The notes: generated from the letters alone by a model not told the origin. A stretch of 64,000 nucleotides of DNA from Synergistales bacterium (GCA_963666205.1 OY762654.1:2816001-2880000), one strand, 5' to 3'. Counted from the first letter of the stretch, positions 28,705 through 39,187 are shown. Translations and numbers: made by a program.

Positions 28705-28956
28705 GAAACAGGCAATGAAGGGGAAGAGTAGGTGGAAAGCTCCGACAGAGAAGGGAAACCATGGCTGAAAGTTTTCCTGGGATGACTTGCACTGAATAGA
28801 GCCCTGGAGCTCGTTTTGAAAAAAGACATTTTCAGTCAAGTAGGAACGCGGGCAGTTCCCGTTATAGAACTTGAAGCGGACAATGCTTATCATTGTCAAT
28901 GTGGGTGGTACCGCGGGTTTATAGCTCGTCCCTTTTCTCTGGGGACGGGCTTTTTT
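28705..28956 (+). promoter_or_regulatory. T-box riboswitch (Arg, AGA specifier) with terminator
   Basis: Stem I motifs GAAG...AGTA, AGAGA, GCTGAAA; specifier loop GAAT-AGA-G; CCGTTA; T-box AATGTGGGTGGTACCGCG; terminator GCTCGTCCC...GGGACGGGC-T6. Confidence 0.93.
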
Positions 28957-28991
28957 GAACTGACACTATTTCTCAAAGGAGTGGTTATAAA

Positions 28992-30230
28992 ATGGAGAAA
29001 AAAGGGAAAGTAGTACTTGCCTATAGTGGAGGGCTGGATACCTCTGTTGCAGTTCTATGGCTGCAGGAACAGGGATACGAAGTAATTACATTTACAGCCG
29101 ATGTGGGTCAGACTGTAGATCTTGAGGCTGTAAAAAATAAAGCTCTTAATGTCGGAGCTACAAAAGCATATGTGATGGATCTCAGGGAGGAATTTCTGCA
29201 GGACTTTATATGGCCTTCTCTTAAGGCAAATGCGATGTACCAGGGAACATATCCCCTTAATTCCGCCTTTTCAAGGCCACTTATTGCGAAAAAACTTGCT
29301 ATGATAGCTCAAAAAGAGGGGGCTGTAGCTGTTGCCCACGGATGTACTGGCAAGGGACAGGATCAGGTGCGTATAGAAGTTTGTACAAATGCACTGGATC
29401 CCAATCTCAAGGTATTAGCTCCTGTCAGGGATTGGCATTTTACCAGAGAGGCAGAAATGGAGTATGCTATTGAACATGGGATACCGGTAAAGGCAACGGC
29501 TGATTCTCCCTACAGTATAGATGAGAACATGTGGGGGCGATCCATAGAGTGTGGAGCTCTCGAGGATCCCTGGATCGAACCTCCGTCAGATGCCTTTACT
29601 TTGACAGTTGATGCCAGCAATGCACCTGATGAGGCTGAGTACCTGGAGATAGCCTTTGAAGAGGGTATTCCCATAGCTTTGAACGGAGAGCAGATGGAAG
29701 GTGTTCTTCTTGTAAAGAAGCTTAATGAAATTGGTGGGAAACACGGTGTTGGAAGAATCGATATGATAGAAGACAGACTGGTAGGCTTCAAGAGTCGCGA
29801 AGTATATGAGTGCCCTGCTGCCATTATTCTACTCGACGCCCACAAGGCGCTTGAAACCCTCACCCTTCCAAAGCAGTTAAGGAATGTAAAAAAAGATCTT
29901 GAGTGCCAGTATGCAGAACTAACGTATGTGGGTTACTGGTTTTCTCCGTTAAAGGATGCTATTGATGCCTTTGTTGAAACTACTCAGAAACATGTAACGG
30001 GTATTGTGAAAATAAAACTGTTTAAGGGAAATGCTGTTGTTGCAGGGATGAAGTCAGCACAATCAATATACGATCTGGGGCTCGCTACATATTCAGAGGG
30101 AGATGCCTTTGATCATAATGCTGCAGTCGGATTTATCAAGATCTGGGGACTTCCTATCAAGAACTGGAGGCAGAAACATCCTCAGAAAGAAGACCTGCAG
30201 GTTCCGGGGATTGAAATCCCCTGTCAGTAG
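28992..30230 (+). CDS. argG: Argininosuccinate synthase
   Basis: VLAYSGGLDTS, HGCTGKG.DQVR, YSIDENMWGRS, GFKSREVYE. Confidence 0.97.
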   Translation: MEKKGKVVLAYSGGLDTSVAVLWLQEQGYEVITFTADVGQTVDLEAVKNKALNVGATKAYVMDLREEFLQDFIWPSLKANAMYQGTYPLNSAFSRPLIAKKLAMIAQKEGAVAVAHGCTGKGQDQVRIEVCTNALDPNLKVLAPVRDWHFTREAEMEYAIEHGIPVKATADSPYSIDENMWGRSIECGALEDPWIEPPSDAFTLTVDASNAPDEAEYLEIAFEEGIPIALNGEQMEGVLLVKKLNEIGGKHGVGRIDMIEDRLVGFKSREVYECPAAIILLDAHKALETLTLPKQLRNVKKDLECQYAELTYVGYWFSPLKDAIDAFVETTQKHVTGIVKIKLFKGNAVVAGMKSAQSIYDLGLATYSEGDAFDHNAAVGFIKIWGLPIKNWRQKHPQKEDLQVPGIEIPCQ

Positions 30231-30241
30231 GAGGTTATTGA

Positions 30242-31681
30242 ATGTGGAAAGGGCGTTTTGGCGAAGAAACTGCCGAAGTTGTTCTCCAGTTCACTCAGTC
30301 TCTTGATATCGACTGGTGTCTGGCAGTATATGATATCGCTGGAAGTATAGCCCATGCAAGGATGCTTCAAAAAATTGGCATATTGAACGAAGATGAATTG
30401 AAAATCATCGTTCAGGGCCTACTTGTTATCAAAAGAGATATTGAGACAGGGAAATTTGAACCTGCGATAGAACTTGAAGATGTTCACATGAATATTGAAA
30501 AGAGGCTCATCGATACCCTGGGTCCCGTCGGTGCAAAACTTCATACGGGAAGAAGCAGGAATGACCAGATCGCCACTACTATGCGACTGTTCCTGAGAGA
30601 CAGACTCTTAACCCTTGGTCGGAGTGTTTCCATATTGCTGGAAAGCCTCATGGACAGGGCTGAGAAACATGCACAAGTCATAATTCCTGGTTATACGCAC
30701 CTTCAACAGGCTCAACCGATAAACCTTGGCCATTACTGGATGTCCCATTTCTTTTCTTTTCGAAGAGACTGTAACAAACTGCTTTTAGCTCTTGATTCTC
30801 TTGATGAGTCACCACTGGGAACAGGAGCCCTGGCTGGCTCAACCATACCTCTGGACAGGGAATTCACAGCCAGGGAGATGGGTTTCAGCCGCATAACTGA
30901 TAATAGCCTCGATACAGTTGCAAATAGGGACTATCTTCTCGATTACCACTATTTTTCATCAGTATTTTCTCTTCATTGCAGCAGACTGGCTGAAGATCTC
31001 ATAATCTACAGCAGTCAGGAATTTGGCTGGATACTTCTGCCGGATGCTTTCTGTACGGGATCTTCCATGATGCCACAGAAAAAGAATCCAGATGTTCTTG
31101 AACTGGTCAGAGGAAAGACTGGCCAGATAATAGGTCATCTGCTGGACCTGATGATAAGCCTTAAAGGATTACCTCTCACCTATGACAGGGATCTTCAGGA
31201 AGATAAAAGAGGACTCCTTTCATCCCTCAAGACGATGGAAGGTGTCATTGGAGTTCTTGCTCCTCTGATAGCGAGGATAGAGGTTGATGAACAAAAGGCT
31301 TTGACGGGATTGAAAACTGGAATGACCCTTGCTACTGATGTTGCAGAATACCTTGTCCTCAAAGGTGTTCCTTTCAGAGACGCTCATTGGAAGGTAGGCC
31401 AACTTGTCAAATGGTGCATTCATAATGGAAAGGATCTTCAGACTTTGTCTATCAGTGAATGGAAACACTGTATACCTGATGTTGACGATGATATCCTTGG
31501 GATCATGAACCTTGATTCATCAGTTTCCAGAAGGAGAACTCCGGGAGGGACGTCCTTCTCGAATCTGGAAGTGCAGTTAATAACAGCAAGACATTATCTG
31601 GATACTTTTCGTAATGACATGAAAAAATATGAAGTATTGCTTTTCCCGGAAGACCTGGACACAGAAACGATAAGCAACTGA
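30242..31681 (+). CDS. argH: Argininosuccinate lyase
   Basis: W.GRF, EDVH, HTGRSRNDQ, PGYTHLQ, GSSMMPQKKNPD. Confidence 0.97.
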   Translation: MWKGRFGEETAEVVLQFTQSLDIDWCLAVYDIAGSIAHARMLQKIGILNEDELKIIVQGLLVIKRDIETGKFEPAIELEDVHMNIEKRLIDTLGPVGAKLHTGRSRNDQIATTMRLFLRDRLLTLGRSVSILLESLMDRAEKHAQVIIPGYTHLQQAQPINLGHYWMSHFFSFRRDCNKLLLALDSLDESPLGTGALAGSTIPLDREFTAREMGFSRITDNSLDTVANRDYLLDYHYFSSVFSLHCSRLAEDLIIYSSQEFGWILLPDAFCTGSSMMPQKKNPDVLELVRGKTGQIIGHLLDLMISLKGLPLTYDRDLQEDKRGLLSSLKTMEGVIGVLAPLIARIEVDEQKALTGLKTGMTLATDVAEYLVLKGVPFRDAHWKVGQLVKWCIHNGKDLQTLSISEWKHCIPDVDDDILGIMNLDSSVSRRRTPGGTSFSNLEVQLITARHYLDTFRNDMKKYEVLLFPEDLDTETISN

Positions 31682-31710
31682 TTTATCCCATACAGGAATG
31701 ACTTTTTTAT

Positions 31711-31747
31711 AACAGGGAGGATGTATTTTCCAGACATCCTCCCTGTT
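31711..31747. terminator. Hairpin after argH, probable terminator
   Basis: AACAGGGAGGATGT...ACATCCTCCCTGTT 14-bp stem; weak U tract. Confidence 0.6.
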
Positions 31748-31844
31748 CATGTATACTTATTAAGAGTGGTAGAATTAGTAAGAAATCTATTCATTCGCAG
31801 CATGTGCCAGTCTTTTGCCCTGTTTTCGGGAGGTGTGGTGAAGT

Positions 31845-32033
31845 ATGGAAAGAAAACCCCTTAGTGCCAGGGGAAAGGTCCTGATGGTTCTTACTCCGGT
31901 TGTTCTTGCTATATTTGTGCTTAGCGCGGTAGTGGGCAAAGAAAGGATAGCTTTTCTATTTTCCGGTTATCTCAAGTTCTTCTGGATAATTGTGCTTCTT
32001 GGTCTGGGTGTTTTTTCAACAAGGATCAGATGA
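31845..32033 (+). CDS. Small hypothetical membrane protein (2 TM)
   Basis: GGAGGTG RBS; two hydrophobic segments flanked by basic residues. Confidence 0.65.
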   Translation: MERKPLSARGKVLMVLTPVVLAIFVLSAVVGKERIAFLFSGYLKFFWIIVLLGLGVFSTRIR

Positions 32034-32040
32034 ATAGGAT

Positions 32041-32709
32041 ATGGCAGAACTGATAGATAAAGCTCCAGGCAGAGAAGGGCTCGAATATGCTCTCTACAGG
32101 AGTGGTGATGAGTATATAATCAGGGTCAACGGTTATGAGCTTATGACAAGTTATTGCCATGGATCTGAAGAAAAGCTTGCCTTGAGTACCTTCGAAAACA
32201 TAAAGTCTGCAAATGCTCCAAGGGTTCTTGTTGGGGGATTAGGGATGGGGTTTACTTTAAGAACACTTCTTGATCTCCTGCCTCTTGAAAGCGCAGTGGA
32301 TGTTTCGGAGATCGAGCCATCTGTGATCAGGTGGAATCGCAGTATTTTCAGGAATATAAATGGAAATGTCCTTTCGGATCCCAGAGTGAACCTTCATGAA
32401 AGTGATGTGGCTGTCAGGATAATTGGTCCTGAACTTTATGATGCCATTATTCTGGACATTGATAATGGTCCACATCCTCTCTCTGCCCCCGGGAACAGTT
32501 GGTTATATTCTGATGAGGGTATAGCCTGTATCTATGGATCGCTTAAAACGACAGGGGTCTTTACCCTATGGTCCGCTTTCATGGATAAGATGTTTCTTGA
32601 AAGGCTTGAGAGCTCAGAATTTAAAGTAATAGTGGAACACACTTTTTCTAATAATGACAGGAGTTCCGGAGAATATATCATATATAAGGGCCTTAAGATG
32701 GGAAATTGA
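32041..32709 (+). CDS. SAM-dependent methyltransferase / spermidine synthase-like protein
   Basis: SEEKLA, RVLVGGLGMGFTL, YDAIILDIDNGP, LWSA. Confidence 0.82.
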   Translation: MAELIDKAPGREGLEYALYRSGDEYIIRVNGYELMTSYCHGSEEKLALSTFENIKSANAPRVLVGGLGMGFTLRTLLDLLPLESAVDVSEIEPSVIRWNRSIFRNINGNVLSDPRVNLHESDVAVRIIGPELYDAIILDIDNGPHPLSAPGNSWLYSDEGIACIYGSLKTTGVFTLWSAFMDKMFLERLESSEFKVIVEHTFSNNDRSSGEYIIYKGLKMGN

Positions 32710-32833
32710 AGATATTTTATTCTTTTTTTGAATAGGAAAAGAAAGTAGTATCAAAAATGTATTTTAATTTTCCAGGGATGAACCTGTTCCTCCCTTCGGG
32801 GATTATTGATAACCCTTTTATTTTCGTGGTACA

Positions 32834-32866
32834 AGTTGGGTCGAAAAAACTGTTTCCGACCCAACT
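32834..32866. terminator. Hairpin between convergent genes, probable pur operon terminator
   Basis: AGTTGGGTCG...CGACCCAACT 10-bp stem 6 nt beyond the purE stop. Confidence 0.6.
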
Positions 32867-32872
32867 GTATCT

Positions 32873-33391
32873 CTAAAAAGCATCTTCAGGTGCTGAGGGA
32901 AGGTCTCCTATTTCCTGCCTGGATCCTATAACCTTTTCTGATTGTTTTTCCATGTAACTGGCAAGCCTCGACGAAATAGTCTCATCTGAAATTGCGAGGA
33001 TTCTTGCTGCAAGCAGAGCACCATTTCTGCCATTATCGATGCCTACAGATGAAACAGGAATACCTGGAGGCATCTGGGTGATTGATAGAAGAGCATCCAT
33101 CCCACCGAGGCTTCCAGCTGAAACAGGGACACCTATTACAGGGAGAAGAGTATGGGCAGCAACGACACCAGGCAGGGCTGCAGATAACCCTGCAACCGCT
33201 ATTATTACTCCGATCCCTCTAACCACCGCTTTTTCTGAATAGCTTTTTACGTCTCCAGGTGTTCTATGTGCTGATGCTATCGTTACTTCGTAAGGTATTT
33301 TCAGTTCTTTAAGGATAGTTCCGGCCTTTTTCGCCTGTTCAATGTCTGAAATAGAACCTAGAATGATACCTACTTTCTTTTCTCCACTCAT
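32873..33391 (-). CDS. purE: N5-CAIR mutase / AIR carboxylase
   Basis: GSISD, SAHRTP, AGLSAALPG, PVIGVP, QMPPGIPV; start moved to ATG 33391 after AGGAGG. Confidence 0.96.
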   Translation of the reverse strand: MSGEKKVGIILGSISDIEQAKKAGTILKELKIPYEVTIASAHRTPGDVKSYSEKAVVRGIGVIIAVAGLSAALPGVVAAHTLLPVIGVPVSAGSLGGMDALLSITQMPPGIPVSSVGIDNGRNGALLAARILAISDETISSRLASYMEKQSEKVIGSRQEIGDLPSAPEDAF

Positions 33392-33408
33392 ATTTAAGGT
33401 CCTCCTGT

Positions 33409-34692
33409 TCAAGAAAAATCTTTTGCTTTTGATGCTATATCTTTTCTGAAATGCATTCCTTCAAAATGGATCTTCTCAACAGCCAGGTAGGCTCGTGAAA
33501 CCGCATTATCGAGACTGTCCTTATCCATCCCTACGATGCTCAGAACTCTTCCTCCGCTGGTGACTATATTTCCTTTATCATCTTGACTTGTCCCGGCATG
33601 GAAAATTAGAACATTTTCAATGGCATTCGCTTCGTCCAGGCCTTGAATTACGATATCCTTCTTGTATTTTCCAGGATATCCACCAGATGCTATAACTACA
33701 TCTGCAGCCCATTCTTCAGTTTCATCCATTTTTGCATCAGCGAGTTTTCCTAAACAGCATTTTTCCATTATCTCTGCGATATCCCCCTTGAGTACCGGGA
33801 GTACCACCTGCGTTTCCGGATCTCCGAAACGAACGTTATATTCGATAACCCATGGATTCTTGTTTTCATCTATCATCAGGCCTGCATAAATTACTCCGCA
33901 GAAGTCAATCTTTTCTCTTTTAAGACCATTTAAGGTTGGTTCTAGAACTTCAGAAACAACTCTATCCATGAGTTCAGATCCTGCCCATGGAACAGGGGAG
34001 TAGGCCCCCATACCACCTGTATTAGGGCCCTTGTCATTATCATATATTCTTTTATGATCCTGACTTGGAGAGAGTGGGCGTATTGTATGGCCATCTGTAA
34101 TGGTAAGGACGGTCAGCTCAGTTCCTTTCAGACAATCCTCTATGATTATTTTTTCTCCAGCTTTGCCAAGAGATCTATTTACAAGAAGGTCCTCCGCTTT
34201 GGAGATGGCTTCTTCAATGGATTCAATGACAAATGCACCCTTCCCAGCGGCCAGACCGTCTGCTTTTACTATATAAGGGGACTTTCTTTTCAGTAGAGCA
34301 TCCCTGGCCTGATCCATGTTGGTGCATATGTCAAAAGATGCTGTTGGTATACCGTTCCTTTTCATAAATTCCTTGGAAAAAGCTTTACTACCTTCAAGTC
34401 TGGCTCCATCTTTACCTGGTCCGAAAACCTTGATCCCAGATTCTCTGAGAAGATCAGCGACACCTTCTACAAGAGGAGCCTCTGGTCCTATTACTACCAT
34501 ATCTACATTGTTCTTCAGTGCCAGGGCCCTGACTGCTTTTCCGTCACATGGATCAAGATCCGATATTCTTGCTATATGAGCAATTCCAGGGTTACCTGGA
34601 GAAACTGTTAAGTCAGTCACCTTTGGTGAACGTGATAAAGCCCATGCCATTGCATGTTCTCTCGCACCTCCACCGAGTAAAAGAACTTTCAT
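33409..34692 (-). CDS. purD: Phosphoribosylamine--glycine ligase
   Basis: GGGAREHA, GPEAPL, LEGSK, KADGLAAGKG, QDHKR, NTGGMG, RFGDPETQ. Confidence 0.97.
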   Translation of the reverse strand: MKVLLLGGGAREHAMAWALSRSPKVTDLTVSPGNPGIAHIARISDLDPCDGKAVRALALKNNVDMVVIGPEAPLVEGVADLLRESGIKVFGPGKDGARLEGSKAFSKEFMKRNGIPTASFDICTNMDQARDALLKRKSPYIVKADGLAAGKGAFVIESIEEAISKAEDLLVNRSLGKAGEKIIIEDCLKGTELTVLTITDGHTIRPLSPSQDHKRIYDNDKGPNTGGMGAYSPVPWAGSELMDRVVSEVLEPTLNGLKREKIDFCGVIYAGLMIDENKNPWVIEYNVRFGDPETQVVLPVLKGDIAEIMEKCCLGKLADAKMDETEEWAADVVIASGGYPGKYKKDIVIQGLDEANAIENVLIFHAGTSQDDKGNIVTSGGRVLSIVGMDKDSLDNAVSRAYLAVEKIHFEGMHFRKDIASKAKDFS

Positions 34693-34710
34693 AATGGATT
34701 TCCCCCTTAT

Positions 34711-36240
34711 TTAATGGCGAAAGGTTCTCCAGTCACTGATAAACATGCTTATGCCAAGTTCCTTTGCCCTGGCAAACACTGATTCATCGTTTCTGGAACC
34801 ACCTGGCTGAATGATTGCATGTATTCCAGCAGCAGCAGCAGATTCTACAGCATCAGGGAAAGGGAAGAAAGCATCCGAGGACATCACAGCTCCCTGGGCT
34901 TTAGTACCAGCCTGTTCAACTGCAAAATTAACTGCAAAAACTCTGCTGCAGAATCCCATACCTATACCGACGGCCTCGCCATCTTTGACAATCGCCACTG
35001 AGTTGCTTTTTGAAACATAAGCTGTTTTCCATGCAAGAATAAGATCTTCCCAAAGGTCTGGTCTTGGTTCGCCTATCCATACGCCCTTTTCTTCAACCGG
35101 GAGAGGAGGAAGGTCGTCATTCTGGATAAGAATGCCGCTCCATGTTCCTGTAACCTGGAATGAAAGTATCCTTCCGCCTTTCCACCTGAGTATCCTCAAA
35201 GAGGGTTTATTTTCCGAGAGGAAGAGAAGGGCTTCTTTATCATATTCTGGAACGAGAAGGACTTCTGTGAAATTTTCTGAAATTGCTTTTGCAGTTTCGA
35301 GGTCAAGTTTTCTCGTAAGACCTACTATGCCACCGAAAGCTGAAAGGGGATCACATCGGAAAGCTTTTTCATAGGCTTCTCTAGTGGTTTTTCCATAGGC
35401 CATACCGCAGGGAGTTGTGTGTTTAATAACGAGGCATCCGCAACTATCCTGCATTATGGAACAGCCTCTCATCGCACAATCCAGATCAAGGATATTGTTG
35501 TAGGAAAGGGGTTTGCCCGATAATTGTTCCCAAGGTAGTTCTGAAAGGGGAGGAAGATATAATCCGGCCTTCTGGTGAGGATTTTCACCATATCTCAAGG
35601 ATTGATGGAGATGGAGGTTCATGGGAATAGTTTCTGCAAGTCCATCTTCTTCCAGTCCCGTACTTGCTTTGAGCCCTGTATAAATAGTAGTGTCATATTC
35701 TGCTGTATGGCAAAATGCTTTTAGCGCTAATCTTTCCCTTGTCTGTAGGGGCAGATCTCCCTCAGAATGCATATCTTCCAGGATGACTGCGTAATCTTGT
35801 GGGTCAGTACAAATGATAACCTGGCTAAAATTTTTTGCAGCAGCCCGAATAAGGGTAACTCCACCGATATCTATATTTTCAAGAAGTTCGTCCAGTTCGC
35901 TTCCTTTCCTGGCTGTTTCTTCGAAAGGGTAGAGATTGCAGACTACCATATCGATAAGGGGGATTTTAAATTGTTCTACATCTGAAAGATCATTGCTCAA
36001 GTGTCTCCGGGCAAGAATTCCTCCGAAAATTGCTGGATGAAGGGTTTTAACTCTCCCCCCCAGCATTTGAGGATATCCAGTCAGTTCCGATACCTCAAGA
36101 ACCTCAAGTCCAGCATCCCTCAACCTCCGGGCAGTACCGGAACTTGATACTATCTGCCATCCCATGGATGCTAATCCATGGGCGAATTCCTCTATGCCTG
36201 TTTTATCATATACTGATATAAGTACTCTTTTTTCAGCCAA
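34711..36240 (-). CDS. purH: Bifunctional AICAR transformylase / IMP cyclohydrolase
   Basis: LISVYDKTG, GRVKTLHP, IDIGG, LRYGENPHQ, SDAFFPF, IQPGGS, FRH; likely TTG start at 36240. Confidence 0.96.
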   Translation of the reverse strand: MAEKRVLISVYDKTGIEEFAHGLASMGWQIVSSSGTARRLRDAGLEVLEVSELTGYPQMLGGRVKTLHPAIFGGILARRHLSNDLSDVEQFKIPLIDMVVCNLYPFEETARKGSELDELLENIDIGGVTLIRAAAKNFSQVIICTDPQDYAVILEDMHSEGDLPLQTRERLALKAFCHTAEYDTTIYTGLKASTGLEEDGLAETIPMNLHLHQSLRYGENPHQKAGLYLPPLSELPWEQLSGKPLSYNNILDLDCAMRGCSIMQDSCGCLVIKHTTPCGMAYGKTTREAYEKAFRCDPLSAFGGIVGLTRKLDLETAKAISENFTEVLLVPEYDKEALLFLSENKPSLRILRWKGGRILSFQVTGTWSGILIQNDDLPPLPVEEKGVWIGEPRPDLWEDLILAWKTAYVSKSNSVAIVKDGEAVGIGMGFCSRVFAVNFAVEQAGTKAQGAVMSSDAFFPFPDAVESAAAAGIHAIIQPGGSRNDESVFARAKELGISMFISDWRTFRH

Positions 36241-36835
36241 TGAAAGCACGCCTCCCCTCAATCTTTACAAGGTTTCCTAAGATAAGTTCCTTAATTGTTT
36301 TCCAGTAAATATTGTGTTCAACAGAATGTATTTTCCCTTCTAGATCTTCAATAGAATCAGATTCTTCCACCATGACGGGTATCTGGGCAAGGATAATCCC
36401 ATGATCAACTTCTTCGTCTACGAGATGTACCGTAACTCCTGTTATCTTTACGCCATAATTCCATGCATCTTCTATCCCTTTGGCTCCCGGGAAGGATGGG
36501 AGTATAGATGGATGGATGTTCACTATTTTCCCCTGATGTTGTTTTACAAATTCAGATGAAAGGATCTTCATGAAACCGGCAAGTACTATCCACTCAGTAT
36601 CAGTTTCTTTTATCAATCTAGCCAGATGCTCTTCAGCAGCCTTCCTGTTACCTCTATCGTATGGAAGAAGTTCGGTTCTAAGTCCTGCTTCCTGTGCTTT
36701 TTTCAGCCCAGCTGATCCGGGGTTATCGCTGGCTATAAAAGTCAGTTCTGCGGGAAGGTCTCCTGACTCGATCTTCCTGCAGATAGATTCCATATTTGTA
36801 CCTCTTCCAGACACAAGGATCGCCATGCGTGTCAT
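36233..36835 (-). CDS. purN: Phosphoribosylglycinamide formyltransferase
   Basis: SGRGTN, LAGFM, NIHPSILP.F.G, GVTVH, DHG. Confidence 0.97.
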   Translation of the reverse strand: MTRMAILVSGRGTNMESICRKIESGDLPAELTFIASDNPGSAGLKKAQEAGLRTELLPYDRGNRKAAEEHLARLIKETDTEWIVLAGFMKILSSEFVKQHQGKIVNIHPSILPSFPGAKGIEDAWNYGVKITGVTVHLVDEEVDHGIILAQIPVMVEESDSIEDLEGKIHSVEHNIYWKTIKELILGNLVKIEGRRAFIG

Positions 36836-37828
36836 TCAGGAAACCTCTCCGATTATAGCCGGATCTTCTCCGATCTGTGAGAGGAGGTCAACAAGTGAGC
36901 TCTGGTTATCCTTTCCCACGATGAATGTATAACCGATACCCAGGTTGAAAACCCTTCTCATTTCTTCTTCATCTATACCTCGAGAGGCTAGTAAAGAGAA
37001 AACAGGAGGCCGTGTCCACGCTGAAAAATCGAGTCTGGGGTGTAATCCTTTGGGTAAGATCCTTGAAATATTTTCCTGAAGGCCTCCACCTGTAATATGG
37101 GCCATTCCTTTCACTGAGCCACTTTCTGTTGCTTTTAAAGCCTGGTTGACATATAGCCTGGTAGGTTTGAGAAGAGCATCAGCAAGGGACTCTTCAAGCT
37201 CAGGATACACGGAATTTATTTCCAGAGGTGAGTCTTCTCCGAAAAGAACTTTTCTGACAAGAGAAAATCCGTTACTGTGAATTCCCGAACTGGGTAGACC
37301 AACAATAAGGTCTCCTTTTTCTATGGAGGTTCCGTCGATAACATCAGATGGATCCAGGATCCCAACAGCAAATCCAGCCAGGTCAAACCCGTCCTGTGGA
37401 TAGACATCGGGCATCTCTGCGGTTTCTCCGCCGAGAAGCGCACATCCACATGAACTACAAGCATCTACAATACCCCGGACGATTTCGGAAAGTACATCAG
37501 TATTCAATCTTCCACAGGCTATGTAGTCCAGAAAAAACAGTGGCCTGGCTCCGCCTGTGACCAGGTCATTAACGTTCATGCCTACCAGGTCCTGACCCAG
37601 CCCTCTGTATTTCCCAGCTGCTCTGGCAATTTCCAGTTTTGTACCGACACCGTCACAACATGCAGCCAGAAACTGATTGTCGTTCAATCGGTAAAGTCCA
37701 CTGAATCCACCAATACCACCAATAACGTTACTGTCAGAAGGGACATCAGAAAGAATTGTTTTGACCATATCTACCCAGTTATTGCCTTTAGATATGCTTA
37801 CGCCGGCTTTTTCATAGTTCCATTTCAT
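36836..37828 (-). CDS. purM: AIR synthetase
   Basis: Y..AGV, DGVGTK, FFLDY, GGETAEMP, SSGIHSNGFS, HITGGG, FNLGIG; start moved to ATG 37828. Confidence 0.96.
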   Translation of the reverse strand: MKWNYEKAGVSISKGNNWVDMVKTILSDVPSDSNVIGGIGGFSGLYRLNDNQFLAACCDGVGTKLEIARAAGKYRGLGQDLVGMNVNDLVTGGARPLFFLDYIACGRLNTDVLSEIVRGIVDACSSCGCALLGGETAEMPDVYPQDGFDLAGFAVGILDPSDVIDGTSIEKGDLIVGLPSSGIHSNGFSLVRKVLFGEDSPLEINSVYPELEESLADALLKPTRLYVNQALKATESGSVKGMAHITGGGLQENISRILPKGLHPRLDFSAWTRPPVFSLLASRGIDEEEMRRVFNLGIGYTFIVGKDNQSSLVDLLSQIGEDPAIIGEVS

Positions 37829-39185
37829 CTGTATGGTCTCCTTCCATATAGTTCCCTGTAAAGCAGGCTGTACAGACATCACGTGTGGGAAGTCCGATAG
37901 CTTCGATAAGATCCTCCTCGGTGATATAGGCTAGAGAATCGGCCCCTACCTGGCTCTCCAACTGTTTAATATTCATCCGGGCGGCTGCAAGCTCCTCTCT
38001 GGTCGGAGTATCGATTCCGTAATAACATGGAAAACGGACCGGAGGAGAGGATATCCTTACATGTACTTCTTTTGCGCCATGATCTTTGATCATGGCGATC
38101 ATACGCTGACAGGTAGTACCCCTTACTATTGAGTCGTCTACTATTACTACTTTTTTGTCCTTGATCATGTTCATTATCGGGTTCAGCTTGATCCTTACGC
38201 CAAGGTCTCTGACTCTCTGAGTAGGTTCTATAAAAGTCCTTCCAACATAGCGATTCCTTACGACAACCTTTTCATAGGGAAGTCCCGAAACTTCTGCATA
38301 CCCCATTGCAGCTATGGTCCCACTGTCAGGCATTCCTGTAACAAGGTCTGCATCCGGACAAGGTGCTCTTTCTGCCAGTTTCCTTCCCAGTGCTTTTCTT
38401 ACTTCATAGACAGTCTTTCCATTAAAGATGCTGTCAGGTCTAGCGAAATATACATATTCGAAAGAACAGGCAAAACCTTTTTTTACATCCTTGGGAATTC
38501 TCATGGAATGAAGACCTTTTTCATCAATTACTATTACCTCACCTGGTTCAACTTCTCTTATAATAGAGGCTCCCACAAGATCCAGGGCGCAACTTTCAGA
38601 TGAGACGTATACAATGTTGTCCCTTTCTCCAAGTATAAGGGGTCTGTTTCCCCAGGGGTCTCTTGCGGCAACCAGTCTTGAATCAAGAATAACTGCAAGA
38701 GAGTAGGCTCCTATGAGACGTCTTAAAGAGTCAACAAAGGCATCCAGCCTTGGTTTATGGGGTTGATGAGCCATCAGATGAAGAATGGCTTCCGTATCTG
38801 TCCTTGACTGAAAGATTGCCCCTCTGTTTTCCAGATAGTTTTTAATCCCTTCAGCATTTGTAAGGTTGCCATTATGAGCAATAGCGACGGAACCTCTGGA
38901 GGACGTAGCAGTAAGAGGTTGAGCATTAGTCAGTTCTGATCCTCCCGCGGTGGAATACCTTACATGACCAATGGCACAGTTTGTATCGATGGAAGAAAGC
39001 TGCTGTTGGTTGAGGGCAAGATGGACCAGTCCTGTACCCTTGAGGGAGTGCATGATCCCCCTGGTATTTATCCAGGCAACTCCTGCTGATTCCTGTCCTC
39101 TGTGCTGGAGCGCGTATAGACCTAGATAAACATCTTCAAGGACCGATTGACCATTTTTCGCAAAGGCTCCAAATACACCACACAT
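37812..39185 (-). CDS. purF: Amidophosphoribosyltransferase
   Basis: MCGVFG, QHRGQESAG, GHVRYST, HNGN, YFARPDS, VDDSIVRGTT. Confidence 0.97.
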   Translation of the reverse strand: MCGVFGAFAKNGQSVLEDVYLGLYALQHRGQESAGVAWINTRGIMHSLKGTGLVHLALNQQQLSSIDTNCAIGHVRYSTAGGSELTNAQPLTATSSRGSVAIAHNGNLTNAEGIKNYLENRGAIFQSRTDTEAILHLMAHQPHKPRLDAFVDSLRRLIGAYSLAVILDSRLVAARDPWGNRPLILGERDNIVYVSSESCALDLVGASIIREVEPGEVIVIDEKGLHSMRIPKDVKKGFACSFEYVYFARPDSIFNGKTVYEVRKALGRKLAERAPCPDADLVTGMPDSGTIAAMGYAEVSGLPYEKVVVRNRYVGRTFIEPTQRVRDLGVRIKLNPIMNMIKDKKVVIVDDSIVRGTTCQRMIAMIKDHGAKEVHVRISSPPVRFPCYYGIDTPTREELAAARMNIKQLESQVGADSLAYITEEDLIEAIGLPTRDVCTACFTGNYMEGDHTDEMEL

Positions 39186-39187
39186 AT

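Noticed and set aside
28816-29013. 65-aa ORF upstream of argG
   Set aside because: It lies within the T-box leader and terminator and has no RBS.
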